From an uncultured Bacilli bacterium (GTDB lineage Bacteria > Bacillota_I > Bacilli_A > RF39 > UBA660): DNA of 53,108 bases. The position numbers and the translations under genes were made by a program. The notes below the pieces were generated by a model. That model saw nothing but the letters and a program-made list of their open reading frames with translations, was not told the origin of the DNA and did no database searches. Positions within the stretch are counted from its first letter, which is position 1; each line of letters begins with the position of its first letter. Below are positions 41,453 through 51,110 of this stretch, piece after piece. The stretch is from assembly GCA_944358945.1 (NCBI GenBank), contig CALVSH010000002.1:1-53108 (forward strand), read 5' to 3'.

Positions 41453-42270
41453 CAGTAGAAAATCTTCTGTTTTTTGCTAAAAGTCATCTTCATTCAGACC
41501 ATGCCAAAATATTAATTGCAGAACTAATTCATTGTAATCCTTTAGAACTTTTAAATCACTTGGAAGAAGAAGTACCAAGTGAAAAAGTAGAACTATTAAA
41601 AAAAGAAATAGAAGCCCTAGAACAAAATAAACCATTACAATATGTATTAGGTCATATTAACTTTTATGGTCAAGACTTCTATATAGATGAAAGAGTACTA
41701 ATACCAAGGTTTGAAACAGAAGAACTAGTAGAAAACACTGTAAAATATATAAAAGAATTATTCACAGAACCTGTGGATATTATTGATTTAGGTACTGGTA
41801 GTGGGGTAATTGGTCTTACTCTAGAAAAAAAAGTTTCCACAAAATCTGTGGATTTAGTAGATATTAGTCAAAAAGCTCTAGAAGTTACCCACATAAATTG
41901 TGAAAAACTACATTCAAAAGCAAATATAATAGAAAGTGACATGTTTTCTAATGTGGATAGAAAATATGATGTAATAATCAGTAATCCACCATATATAAAA
42001 ACCGAAGAAGAAATTGAAGATATTGTAAGAGAAAATGAACCAAGCCTAGCTTTATACGCTGGAAAAGATGGATTGGATTGTTATAAAAAAATACTAGAAA
42101 ATATTTCTAATCATATGAAAGATAAATGTCTAATAGCCTTTGAAATAGGTTCAACTCAGGCAGAAGATATAAAAAAACTTGTAGAAAAAAATTTACCTAA
42201 TGCCAAGGTAGAAGTAAAAAAAGATCTATCTGAAAGAGACAGAATGTTCTTTATTTTCTATAATTTGTAA
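41449..42270 (+). CDS. prmC: Release factor glutamine methyltransferase
   Basis: DLGTGSG SAM motif and NPPY. Start overlaps the prfA stop (ATGA). Confidence 0.93.
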   Translation: MTVENLLFFAKSHLHSDHAKILIAELIHCNPLELLNHLEEEVPSEKVELLKKEIEALEQNKPLQYVLGHINFYGQDFYIDERVLIPRFETEELVENTVKYIKELFTEPVDIIDLGTGSGVIGLTLEKKVSTKSVDLVDISQKALEVTHINCEKLHSKANIIESDMFSNVDRKYDVIISNPPYIKTEEEIEDIVRENEPSLALYAGKDGLDCYKKILENISNHMKDKCLIAFEIGSTQAEDIKKLVEKNLPNAKVEVKKDLSERDRMFFIFYNL

Positions 42271-42336
42271 AAAAATTAAATTTCTTGAATAAATAAAAAA
42301 AGTTTCTCTCACTATAAAGTTGAAAGGAAGAGAGAA

Positions 42337-42855
42337 ATGAAAAAAATAGTAATCATTCTAGCAATATTTGTTACCATCTTATCCCTAAATAAAGAAGAAA
42401 AAGTTATTATTCCAAAAGAAGCAATTCGTTTTAGAGTCATTGCTAATAGTAATAATTCCGATGATCAAACGTTAAAAAAGAAAGTAGTAAATAACTTAAA
42501 TGGAGAAATCAGAAAATTAACAGTATTAGACACTTCCCTAGAAAAATCAAGAAATAATATCAAAACAAAAATTCCAGAGTTCTCAGAAATTGTATTAGAT
42601 ACCTTAGAAAAAAATCAAAGTGATCAAACTTTCACAATAGATTATGGAATGAATTACTTTCCAGAAAAAGAATATAAAGGAGTAGTATACGAAGAAGGAG
42701 AATATGAATCATTAGTAATAACATTAGGTAATGGAATGGGAGAAAACTTCTGGTGTGTGTTATTTCCACCACTATGTCTATTAGATGAGGAACAACAATC
42801 ACAAGATGTTGAATATACATCTTTTGTAAAAGAAATGATTGATAAGTATTTTTAA
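42337..42855 (+). CDS. spoIIR: Stage II sporulation protein R
   Basis: Signal segment, IRFRVIANSNNSDDQTLKKKV and NFWCVLFPPLCL signatures of SpoIIR. Confidence 0.8.
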   Translation: MKKIVIILAIFVTILSLNKEEKVIIPKEAIRFRVIANSNNSDDQTLKKKVVNNLNGEIRKLTVLDTSLEKSRNNIKTKIPEFSEIVLDTLEKNQSDQTFTIDYGMNYFPEKEYKGVVYEEGEYESLVITLGNGMGENFWCVLFPPLCLLDEEQQSQDVEYTSFVKEMIDKYF

Positions 42856-42889
42856 TGACTAAAAGAAATAGAATATATAAGGTGATACA

Positions 42890-43423
42890 ATGAATAACAT
42901 CCTTATATATTTTTTTATGGCCATAGGATTAAGTATGGACGCTTTTTCTCTAGCTTTAGCATATGGTACCACACAAATCTCTATGAAAAAAAAGATATTA
43001 CTAAGTATAACAGTTGGCCTATTTCATTTTTTTATGCCACAGTTAGGTTCTCTATTAGGAAGTGAATTACTACTAAACTATATAGTAAAAGCCAATTATC
43101 TAGTAGGTATCATTTTTCTAATCCTTGGAACAGAAATGTTTATTTCCAGAAACGATAAAGAAGCAGGTGCCATCACTAATATCTTATCAATTACAATTTT
43201 TTCTTTTACCGTAAGTATTGATAGTTTTTCAGTAGGAATTGCCCTATCTCTAACAACAAAAAATGTAATAACACCTAGTCTAATATTTGCCATTACTAGT
43301 CTAATTTTTACATTTCTAGGAATTCATCTAGGTAATAAAATAGCCGAAAAGTTAGAAAACAAAGCTACATACATTGGTATTATCATTTTAATGCTTTTAG
43401 GTATTAAATATTTATTTAGTTAG
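42890..43423 (+). CDS. mntP: Manganese efflux pump MntP (DUF204)
   Basis: 177 aa, 6 TM segments, duplicated DAFS/DSFSVG motifs. Confidence 0.85.
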   Translation: MNNILIYFFMAIGLSMDAFSLALAYGTTQISMKKKILLSITVGLFHFFMPQLGSLLGSELLLNYIVKANYLVGIIFLILGTEMFISRNDKEAGAITNILSITIFSFTVSIDSFSVGIALSLTTKNVITPSLIFAITSLIFTFLGIHLGNKIAEKLENKATYIGIIILMLLGIKYLFS

Positions 43424-43516
43424 AATGGTAACAATCTATCAATAATAACGAAACTATTATCCACAAAATAAAGTTTATAAACGCAACCTTATCAAAAAAT
43501 GAAAGAATTGAAAATT

Positions 43517-43540
43517 AGAAAGACTAAATCTTTCTTTTTC
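43517..43540 (+). terminator. Rho-independent terminator upstream of fba
   Basis: AGAAAGA/TCTTTCT stem with a 5-nt loop, then a T-run. Confidence 0.5.
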
Positions 43541-43541
43541 T

Positions 43542-43570
43542 TTGACAAACACAGTAATATTGCTTATGAT
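43542..43570 (+). promoter_or_regulatory. Sigma-A-type promoter of fba
   Basis: TTGACA, 17-nt spacer, TATGAT. Confidence 0.55.
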
Positions 43571-43592
43571 ATATATGGAAGGGTGGCCTAAT

Positions 43593-44438
43593 ATGTTAGT
43601 AAATTTTATAGAAATGTTACAAGAAGCAAAACAAGAAAAATATGCGGTTCCGCATCTTAATATAAACGATTTAGAATGGACAAAATATATTTTAGAAAAA
43701 TGCAATCAATTACAGATACCTGTCATCTTAGGAGTAAGTGAAGGGGCTGCAAAATACATGGGAGGATTCCATGCAATAACAGGAATGGTAAAAGGACTAA
43801 TGAAGGATTTAAATATCACAATCCCTGTTTGCCTACATGTAGATCACGGAAGTTGTAAGGAAAATTGTCTAAAAGCAATTGATGCAGGCTTTACTTCAGT
43901 TATGATAGATGCTTCTCGCTATGAGTTAGAAGAAAATATAAGAATTACTAAAGAAGTAGTAGAGTATGCTCATGAAAGAGGAGTAAGTGTAGAAGCAGAA
44001 GTAGGACATATCGGTGGAGCAGAAGATAATATCGTATCCACTATAAGTAATGCAACTTTAGAGGATTGCCTAACTTTATATAATAATACAGGAATCGATT
44101 CTATCGCTCCCGCACTAGGTAGTGTTCATGGATTTTATAAAGGAGAACCTAACTTAGATTTTGAAACTATGAAAGAAATTAGTGATAATTTACCAATTCC
44201 TCTAGTATTACATGGTGGAACAGGTATTCCAGACGATAAAATAAAAAAAGCTATTAGCTGTGGAATATGTAAAATAAATATTAATACTGAACTACAATCC
44301 GTATGGAGTAAAGCAGTTAGAGAGTATTTAGAAGAAAATAAAAATGTTTATGACCCAAGAAAAATAATTGGTAGTGGAGAACAAGCCATAAAAACAAGAA
44401 TTGAGGAAATTGTCACTCTATTTGGTACAAAACGATAA
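43593..44438 (+). CDS. fba: Class II fructose-1,6-bisphosphate aldolase
   Basis: MLVNFIEMLQEAKQEKYAVPHLNINDLEW, CLHVDHGS, VLHGGTGIP. ATG at 43593 follows GAAGGGTGG. Confidence 0.93.
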   Translation: MLVNFIEMLQEAKQEKYAVPHLNINDLEWTKYILEKCNQLQIPVILGVSEGAAKYMGGFHAITGMVKGLMKDLNITIPVCLHVDHGSCKENCLKAIDAGFTSVMIDASRYELEENIRITKEVVEYAHERGVSVEAEVGHIGGAEDNIVSTISNATLEDCLTLYNNTGIDSIAPALGSVHGFYKGEPNLDFETMKEISDNLPIPLVLHGGTGIPDDKIKKAISCGICKININTELQSVWSKAVREYLEENKNVYDPRKIIGSGEQAIKTRIEEIVTLFGTKR

Positions 44439-44467
44439 AATATAGTAGAGCCTCAGGAGGTAAAAAA

Positions 44468-45721
44468 ATGAAGATAATGGAAATAGAAGGTAACCATGAG
44501 TTAAGTGGAACAATAAGAATAAGTGGTGCAAAGAATGCAACAGTCGCATTAATACCAGCAGCAATTTTAACTGACGAAGAAGCAACTATATGTAATGTTC
44601 CTGAAATCACAGATATAGATGCTTTATGTGGTATTTTAGATGAATTAAAAGTAGATGTAAAAAGAGCTAGTGAAAGTATTATTATTAATCCTAAGAACAT
44701 GCAAAATATAGAAATTGCTGAAAAATATTCAAAAAAACTAAGAGCATCTTACTATTTTATGGGAGCTTTACTAGGAAAATATAAGAAAGCTATTATGTAT
44801 TTCCCAGGAGGATGCTCTATAGGTGCTAGGCCAATTGACTTACATTTAAAAGGTTTTGAAGCTTTAGGAGCAACAGTTACTAATGAAAAAAATAAATATA
44901 TTGTAGAAGCAGAAGAATTAAAAGGAGCAAATATCTACTTAGACATCGCATCAGTAGGAGCAACAATTAATATCATGTTAGCAGCTGTAAAAGCAAAAGG
45001 TGTAACTATAATTGATAACGCAGCTAAGGAACCAGAAATAGTAAATGTCGCTACCTTCTTAAATAATATGGGAGCTAAAATAACAGGAGCTGGAACTTCT
45101 ACTATTAGAATAGAAGGTGTAGAACATTTACATAAGTGTTTTCACGAAGTAATACCAGATAGAATTGAAGCAGGTACTTATATTATAATTGGTGCTCTAT
45201 GTGGAAAAAATTTAAAAATAGATAATATTATTCCAGAACATATTGATTCTTTACTATCTAAATTAGAAGAGATGGGTACAGACTTGCAAATAGGAACAGA
45301 TTATGTCTTGATATCAAAGGCAAATAAATATAAATCTACAAATATAAAAACACTGGTATACCCTGGTTTCCCAACAGACCTACAACAACCATTTACAGTT
45401 TTATTAACTCAATGTTGTGGAAAATCAAAAGTTACAGAAACTATCTGGGAAAATAGATTTATGCACATTTCATATCTAAATTCTCTAGGTGCAGACATTA
45501 CAATAAAAAACCAAACTGCTACCATCATGGGTCCAACTAAATTAACAGGAACTTCTGTAGTTGCTACAGATTTACGAGCTGGTGCAGCTATGGTCGCAGC
45601 AGGCCTAGTAGCTGAAGGAACAACAACAATTACTAATGTAGAACACATCTTAAGAGGGTATGAACAAATTGTAGAAAAACTAACGAGTGTAGGTGCTAAA
45701 ATAACCATTAAAGAAATATAA
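44468..45721 (+). CDS. murA: UDP-N-acetylglucosamine 1-carboxyvinyltransferase
   Basis: 417 aa. ISGAKNA. Active-site loop PGGCSIGARPIDLH. Confidence 0.95.
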   Translation: MKIMEIEGNHELSGTIRISGAKNATVALIPAAILTDEEATICNVPEITDIDALCGILDELKVDVKRASESIIINPKNMQNIEIAEKYSKKLRASYYFMGALLGKYKKAIMYFPGGCSIGARPIDLHLKGFEALGATVTNEKNKYIVEAEELKGANIYLDIASVGATINIMLAAVKAKGVTIIDNAAKEPEIVNVATFLNNMGAKITGAGTSTIRIEGVEHLHKCFHEVIPDRIEAGTYIIIGALCGKNLKIDNIIPEHIDSLLSKLEEMGTDLQIGTDYVLISKANKYKSTNIKTLVYPGFPTDLQQPFTVLLTQCCGKSKVTETIWENRFMHISYLNSLGADITIKNQTATIMGPTKLTGTSVVATDLRAGAAMVAAGLVAEGTTTITNVEHILRGYEQIVEKLTSVGAKITIKEI

Positions 45722-45722
45722 T

Positions 45723-45747
45723 GAAATAGTTATATTTCTTTTTTTTT
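45723..45747 (+). terminator. Rho-independent terminator after murA
   Basis: GAAATA/TATTTC stem with GTTA loop, then T9. Confidence 0.65.
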
Positions 45748-45757
45748 GGGAGGACCT

Positions 45758-46477
45758 ATGATAAAAAAACATTACAAACTAATTATATTTCTATTAATAG
45801 TTTTAACGATTTTCCTAATTTATAAAGATAACCATAAAAATTACTTCAACTATACTTCTCTAGGAGATGGTTATGCTTTAGGGATTAACTCATATGGTCA
45901 AGTCGATTATGGTTACAGTGATTTTATTAAAGATGCACTAAAACAAGAAGATAAATTAAATATATATACCAAGAATTTCTCAGAAAAAGGCCAATCGATA
46001 GAACATCTATATGATAGTATTGTCACCAATGAAAAAATAACCATTAACAAAGTAGAGAAAAATCTAAAACAAACATTAAGAGAATCAGACTTAATAACAA
46101 TGACAATAGGATTAAATGACCTAATTTACCATATTGCAATTACACCCAATATGAATAGTTATCAATTAAATAATATTACAGAAGAGATAAATCAAAATTT
46201 AAACAATCTAATAACAGAAATAAAAAAATACTATCCTAAGAAAATAATAATAATAGGCTATCCTAATATACCAGTAGAAGACCATTACATAAAAGAAGGA
46301 ATTACAAAGTTAAATGAAATGTTTCAAAATATAGACAATGTAATTTATATTTCAACAACAGATATTATCACTAATCAAGACTTTTTAAATCCTAATAACA
46401 TTTACCCTAGTAAAGTCGCCTATCAAAAAATAGCAACAGAAGTTACAAAAAAACTTGCCAATAACGAAAATACCTGA
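45758..46477 (+). CDS. SGNH/GDSL-fold protein with a substituted catalytic triad
   Basis: N-terminal TM segment. Block I reads SLGDGYALG (Gly where the Ser nucleophile sits), block III is IGLNDL, block V reads NNIYPS (Asn and Tyr where Asp and His sit). Confidence 0.65.
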   Translation: MIKKHYKLIIFLLIVLTIFLIYKDNHKNYFNYTSLGDGYALGINSYGQVDYGYSDFIKDALKQEDKLNIYTKNFSEKGQSIEHLYDSIVTNEKITINKVEKNLKQTLRESDLITMTIGLNDLIYHIAITPNMNSYQLNNITEEINQNLNNLITEIKKYYPKKIIIIGYPNIPVEDHYIKEGITKLNEMFQNIDNVIYISTTDIITNQDFLNPNNIYPSKVAYQKIATEVTKKLANNENT

Positions 46478-46540
46478 TATACTAATAACGCTGAGAAATT
46501 ACTATGACTTTAATGAAGTCATGGCGGAAGGAGAGATAGA

Positions 46541-46759
46541 ATGAAAAAAGGAATTCATCCAGAAGTAAAAGATTGTACAGTAACTTGTGCATGTGGAGAA
46601 ACTTTTACTTGTAAATCAACAAAAGACAGTATTAGCGTAGAAGTATGTTCAAAATGTCATCCATTCTATACTGGAAAACAAAGTAGAGCATCACGTGCTG
46701 GACGTGTTGATAAATTTAACAAAAAATATGGATTTGATAAACAAGAAACTGCTAACTAA
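46541..46759 (+). CDS. rpmE: 50S ribosomal protein L31 (Zn-ribbon type)
   Basis: MKKGIHPE..., CxC ... [10 protein letters not shown]. Confidence 0.95.
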   Translation: MKKGIHPEVKDCTVTCACGETFTCKSTKDSISVEVCSKCHPFYTGKQSRASRAGRVDKFNKKYGFDKQETAN

Positions 46760-46814
46760 TCTTTAAAAGAAAGCAGTTTTTCTTTTTTTTGAAAAAAGCA
46801 AAAGGAGACGTAAA

Positions 46815-47405
46815 ATGGTATTTGCTAGTAATAACAAATCAAAATTACAAGAAATAAAAGAAATATTTAATGACTATAAAATAGAATCTTTAAAAGATAA
46901 AAATGTTACATTAGATGTTGAAGAAGATAAAACAACGTTTTATGAAAATGCCTTAAAAAAAGCAATAAGCTATTACAATGAAATAAAAGAACCAGTAATT
47001 GCAGATGATTCAGGTCTTATTGTATCTGAATTAAATTGGCCAGGTGTTTATACAAATCGTTTTCTGGGGAATAATAAAACAGATAGAGAAAAGAATTTAG
47101 CAATCATAAATAGAGTAGATAAAGAGTGCCAAACAAGAAATGCCGAAGTAGTTTGTGTGTTAGTATACTATGATGGAAAAAATATAATTTCTGCAACCGG
47201 AAAATTAAAAGGTAAAATTCCATCTCATCCAAGAGGAGAAAATGGTTTTGGCTTTGACGAAATATTTGAATATAAAAACAAAACACTAGCAGAGCTTTCC
47301 CCATCAGAAAAAAATAATCTTTCTGCCAGAAAATTAGCAGCAGAAGAACTAAAGAAAAAACTTTTATCCACAACTTCTGTGGATAAAACAAAATACATGG
47401 TATAA
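46815..47405 (+). CDS. rdgB: Non-canonical purine NTP pyrophosphatase (HAM1/RdgB)
   Basis: FASNNKSKLQEIKEIF, ADDSGL, GENGFGFDEIF. Confidence 0.85.
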   Translation: MVFASNNKSKLQEIKEIFNDYKIESLKDKNVTLDVEEDKTTFYENALKKAISYYNEIKEPVIADDSGLIVSELNWPGVYTNRFLGNNKTDREKNLAIINRVDKECQTRNAEVVCVLVYYDGKNIISATGKLKGKIPSHPRGENGFGFDEIFEYKNKTLAELSPSEKNNLSARKLAAEELKKKLLSTTSVDKTKYMV

Positions 47406-47439
47406 TAAAGTAGTAAAAATAAAAGAAAGAAGGATAAAG

Positions 47440-47880
47440 ATGATAAAAATAGGAATCACAAGTGATCATAGAGGTTATACATTAAAAGAACAAATTATAG
47501 ATAAATTAATAAATAAGTATGACATTACAGATTGTGGAACAACATCATCCGAATCAGTAGACTACCCAGATTTTGCCTTCAAACTAGGAAATTTAGTAGC
47601 TGACAAAGATATAGACTTTGGAATTGCAATCTGTGGCTCAGGAATAGGTATAAGCATTGCTTGTAATAAGGTAAAAAAAGTACGTTGTGCTAAGGTATCG
47701 AATAAAGAAGAAGCAAAAATAACAAGAAACGATAATGACGCTAATATTGTTGCCTTTAGTGCAAATACATCATTAAAAGATGCCCTAGAGATAATTGACA
47801 ATTTTATTAACACACCATTTTCAAATGAAACTCGTCATCAAAAAAGAATTGATAAAATAACAGAATATGAGGAACAATAA
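47440..47880 (+). CDS. rpiB: Ribose-5-phosphate isomerase B
   Basis: IGITSDHRGYTLKEQI, CGSGIGISIACNKV. Confidence 0.9.
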   Translation: MIKIGITSDHRGYTLKEQIIDKLINKYDITDCGTTSSESVDYPDFAFKLGNLVADKDIDFGIAICGSGIGISIACNKVKKVRCAKVSNKEEAKITRNDNDANIVAFSANTSLKDALEIIDNFINTPFSNETRHQKRIDKITEYEEQ

Positions 47881-48077
47881 TGGCAGGAAAACTAGTATTA
47901 TATGTATTTGTAACTATTATCGTTATCTGGGCAATGGACTCTGTCAATATCAATCAAATATTTAAAAAAAACAGAGTAGTACAAGCAAGAGTATTCTATT
48001 TTTTACTAGGAATTTCACTAATTTATTTAGTAACCAATTTTCTAATGGATTTATTTACTTGTTCAAAAATTTTTTAA
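47880..48077 (+). CDS. DUF1146 (YwzB-like) small membrane protein
   Basis: 65 aa, two TM segments with a central NQIFKKNRVVQARVFYFLLGI pattern. Confidence 0.5.
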   Translation: MAGKLVLYVFVTIIVIWAMDSVNINQIFKKNRVVQARVFYFLLGISLIYLVTNFLMDLFTCSKIF

Positions 48078-48129
48078 AACAAGTATAAATCCTTTTTTCT
48101 TGGTACAAACTTATAATGAGGTGAAAAAA

Positions 48130-48771
48130 ATGAAAAGAAGAAAATTAAAACCATACGTATTACCGACATTAATGATTTTAGCAATTACAAGTATAATCTT
48201 TGGTACTGCAATGATAAGTAACACATTAAAAGAGGATAAGCCAGAAGAAACTCCATCAAGTTATGTAACAAATACTATCTTAGAGGAAGAAGAACCAGTA
48301 ATTAACGAAACTAAAACAATGATTAATCCTTATACGGATACTAGTGTAACAATTGGAAAGAGTTACTATGATTATAAAGCAGATGCTGCAACTCAGGAAA
48401 AGTCAATTATATATCATGATAACACCTACATGCAAAACTCTGGTACAGATTTTATAAGTGAAAATGTTTTTGATGTAGTAGCCGTATTAGATGGTAGCGT
48501 AACCGATGTAAAAGAAGATGAAACTTTAGGAAAAGTAGTTGAAATCAAACACGACAATGGTTATATTAGTATCTATCAAAGTTTATCTGAAGTAACTGTT
48601 AAAAAAGGTGATATGATAACACAAGGTCAAGTAATTGGAAAAAGTGGAACCAATGAATTAGATAAAGATATGGGAAATCATTTACACTTTGAATTATATG
48701 TAAATGGACAAGTTGTCGACCCAACACTTTACTTGAACAAAGAGGTACAAACTTCCGAAAACAAAGAGTAA
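48130..48771 (+). CDS. spoIIQ: Stage II sporulation protein Q (degenerate LytM/M23 domain)
   Basis: Aligns by eye with B. subtilis SpoIIQ (YQSLSEVTVKKGDMITQGQVIGKSGTNELDKDMGNHLHFELYVNG versus YQSLSEVSVEQGDKVKQNQVIGKSGKNLYSEDSGNHVHFEIRKDG). N-terminal TM segment. Confidence 0.75.
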   Translation: MKRRKLKPYVLPTLMILAITSIIFGTAMISNTLKEDKPEETPSSYVTNTILEEEEPVINETKTMINPYTDTSVTIGKSYYDYKADAATQEKSIIYHDNTYMQNSGTDFISENVFDVVAVLDGSVTDVKEDETLGKVVEIKHDNGYISIYQSLSEVTVKKGDMITQGQVIGKSGTNELDKDMGNHLHFELYVNGQVVDPTLYLNKEVQTSENKE

Positions 48772-48871
48772 TACACTCTTTTTTTCATAAAAGCAAAAAA
48801 TATGAATATATTCTATTATAAAAGTACAAATTTATGATAAAATATTAATGACAGAAAAGGAAGTGACAGAT

Positions 48872-49867
48872 ATGTGGACAAAAGATATAGGAATAGACTT
48901 AGGAACAGCCAATGTTTTAATATATGTGAAAGGTCAAGGAATTGTATTAAATGAGCCAAGTATTGTAGCGATAGATACAGATACTAAAAGTGTCATTGCT
49001 GTAGGAACAGAAGCAAACGAAATGTTAGGAAGAACTCCAGGAAAAGTAAAAGCAATTAAGCCAATGAAAGATGGAGTTATCGCTGACTTTGAAATTACAG
49101 AAATTATGTTAAATTCCTTTATAAAAAAAATAAAAGCTAAAAAATTATTTTCTAGACCTAGAATTTTAATTTGCTGTCCAACCAATATTACTCCTGTAGA
49201 AAAAAATGCCATTAAAGAAGCAGCAGAAAGAACTGGAGCAAGAAAAGTTTATATTGAAGAAGAACCTAAAGTTGCCGCTATTGGAGCAGGAATGGATATC
49301 TCAAAACCAACGGCAAACATGGTAATAGATATTGGAGGAGGAACAACAGATATTGCTATACTTTCTCTAAATGATATTGTATCATCTGCATCTGTTCGTA
49401 TTGCAGGTAATGTTTTTGATCAAGATATTATTAAATATATAAAAGAAAAATACAAATTATTAATTGGGGAAAGAACTGCCGAAGAAATCAAAATAAACTT
49501 TTCAAACATCTTTGATCCAAGTAAAAAAGAAAAACTAGAAGTAAGAGGAAGAAACTTAATTACTGGTCTACCTGATACTATCGAAATCAATCAAGAGGAA
49601 ACAAAAGAAGCATTAGAAGAAAGTCTACAAAAAATAATAAAAGCAACTACTAATGTCTTAGAACAAACACCTCCAGAATTATCAGGAGATATTGTAGAAA
49701 AAGGAATTATTCTAACAGGTGGAGGAGCCATGTTAAAAGGATTGCCAGAGTTGCTAGAAAAAGAACTACAAGTACCAATATTAATAGCTGAATCTCCACT
49801 AACTTGTGTTGCAGAAGGTACAGGTACACTATTAAATAATATAGCTTTACTAGAAGAAGACCAATAA
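48872..49867 (+). CDS. mbl: Rod-shape determining actin homolog MreB/Mbl
   Basis: DIGIDLGTANVLIY, DIGGGTTDIA, LTGGGAMLKGL. Confidence 0.93.
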   Translation: MWTKDIGIDLGTANVLIYVKGQGIVLNEPSIVAIDTDTKSVIAVGTEANEMLGRTPGKVKAIKPMKDGVIADFEITEIMLNSFIKKIKAKKLFSRPRILICCPTNITPVEKNAIKEAAERTGARKVYIEEEPKVAAIGAGMDISKPTANMVIDIGGGTTDIAILSLNDIVSSASVRIAGNVFDQDIIKYIKEKYKLLIGERTAEEIKINFSNIFDPSKKEKLEVRGRNLITGLPDTIEINQEETKEALEESLQKIIKATTNVLEQTPPELSGDIVEKGIILTGGGAMLKGLPELLEKELQVPILIAESPLTCVAEGTGTLLNNIALLEEDQ

Positions 49868-49927
49868 ATTTGGTTTTTTTCTTTTCTAAAAAAAAGAATT
49901 TTGGTATAATTTTAATAGGAAGTGACG

Positions 49928-51028
49928 ATGATGAGAGAACAAATCCTAGATGCAAGTAAAATTGTCTTAGTAACATTTTTATTTACTGCTATGATTATAC
50001 CTTTAATAAAAAGAATTGCTATACACGTTGGAGCAATTGATATACCACGTGCTGATGAAGGACACAGACATATTCATAAAAAAGCGACTCCTATGTTGGG
50101 AGGAGTTGGAATATTCTTAGGTTTCTTGTTTGGATATATGTTATTTGGAGAACAGAGTATTAGAATGAATTCTATATTAATTGGTAGTTTTATTATAATA
50201 CTAACAGGAATAATAGATGATATTAAACCAATAAGAGCCTATCAGAAATTAATAGGACATATAGTAGTAGCCTGTATTATTGTTTTTTATGGACAAATAA
50301 CATTAGATAATATTACTGCTTTTGGATTCTCTCTAAATTTTGGAGCATTTGCACCGTGGATTACAATTTTATTTATTGTCGCCTGTACTAATATTATTAA
50401 TTTAATAGATGGAGCCGATGGCCTAAGTGGAGGAATAAGTTCAATATTTTATTTAACGATAGGAATTATTGGTTTTTATCAGGGAAGAGGAAATAGTTTA
50501 GTAATGGTTTTAACCTTTATTATGTTAGGATCTACACTAGGATTTCTACTACATAACTTTTATCCCGCTAAGATATTTGCTGGAGATTGCGCAACATTTA
50601 TGGGATTTATTATATCAATAATTACATTATTGGAATTTAAAGGACCAGCATTAACATCGTTCTTTGTTCCAATTATGATTTTAGGAATACCAATATTGGA
50701 TACATTATTTGCTATAATAAGACGTTTATTGAAAGGACAACCACCTTTCCAAGCAGATAAACAACACCTACATCACCAATTATTAGGTATGAATTTCTCA
50801 CAGAGAACAACAGTTTTAATTATATATGGTATAAATCTACTATTTGCAGCAGCATCTATTCTTTATACAATTAAAGATCCAGTTTTAGGAAAAATAGTAT
50901 ATATTATTATATTTATAATTGTATTATGGTTTGTATTACATACTACAATTATTTCTGATAAAACACCAACCAGAACAAAAAAGATAGAAGAAAAGATATC
51001 AATATTCAGAAGAAGAAAAAAATCCTAA
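49928..51028 (+). CDS. tagO: Glycosyltransferase family 4 undecaprenyl-phosphate GlcNAc-1-P transferase (TagO/WecA type)
   Basis: Polytopic. NIINLIDGADGLSGG and FAGDCATFMG motifs of the MraY/WecA family. Confidence 0.85.
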   Translation: MMREQILDASKIVLVTFLFTAMIIPLIKRIAIHVGAIDIPRADEGHRHIHKKATPMLGGVGIFLGFLFGYMLFGEQSIRMNSILIGSFIIILTGIIDDIKPIRAYQKLIGHIVVACIIVFYGQITLDNITAFGFSLNFGAFAPWITILFIVACTNIINLIDGADGLSGGISSIFYLTIGIIGFYQGRGNSLVMVLTFIMLGSTLGFLLHNFYPAKIFAGDCATFMGFIISIITLLEFKGPALTSFFVPIMILGIPILDTLFAIIRRLLKGQPPFQADKQHLHHQLLGMNFSQRTTVLIIYGINLLFAAASILYTIKDPVLGKIVYIIIFIIVLWFVLHTTIISDKTPTRTKKIEEKISIFRRRKKS

Positions 51029-51036
51029 AACATCAG

Positions 51037-51058
51037 ACTGCTAGCAATAGCAGTTTTT
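51037..51058 (+). terminator. Rho-independent terminator after tagO
   Basis: ACTGCT/AGCAGT stem with a 6-nt loop, then T5. Confidence 0.6.
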
Positions 51059-51110
51059 CTTTATTAATTAATTGGAAAATTTTGGAATTACAAGTGGGAG
51101 GGAGATGGAT

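Noticed and set aside
43457-43465. A perfect consensus DnaA box TTATCCACA in the mntP-fba intergenic region.
   Set aside because: It is a single isolated 9-mer. An occurrence or so is expected by chance in about 106 kb of two-strand AT-rich sequence. It has no partner boxes or adjacent AT-rich unwinding element.
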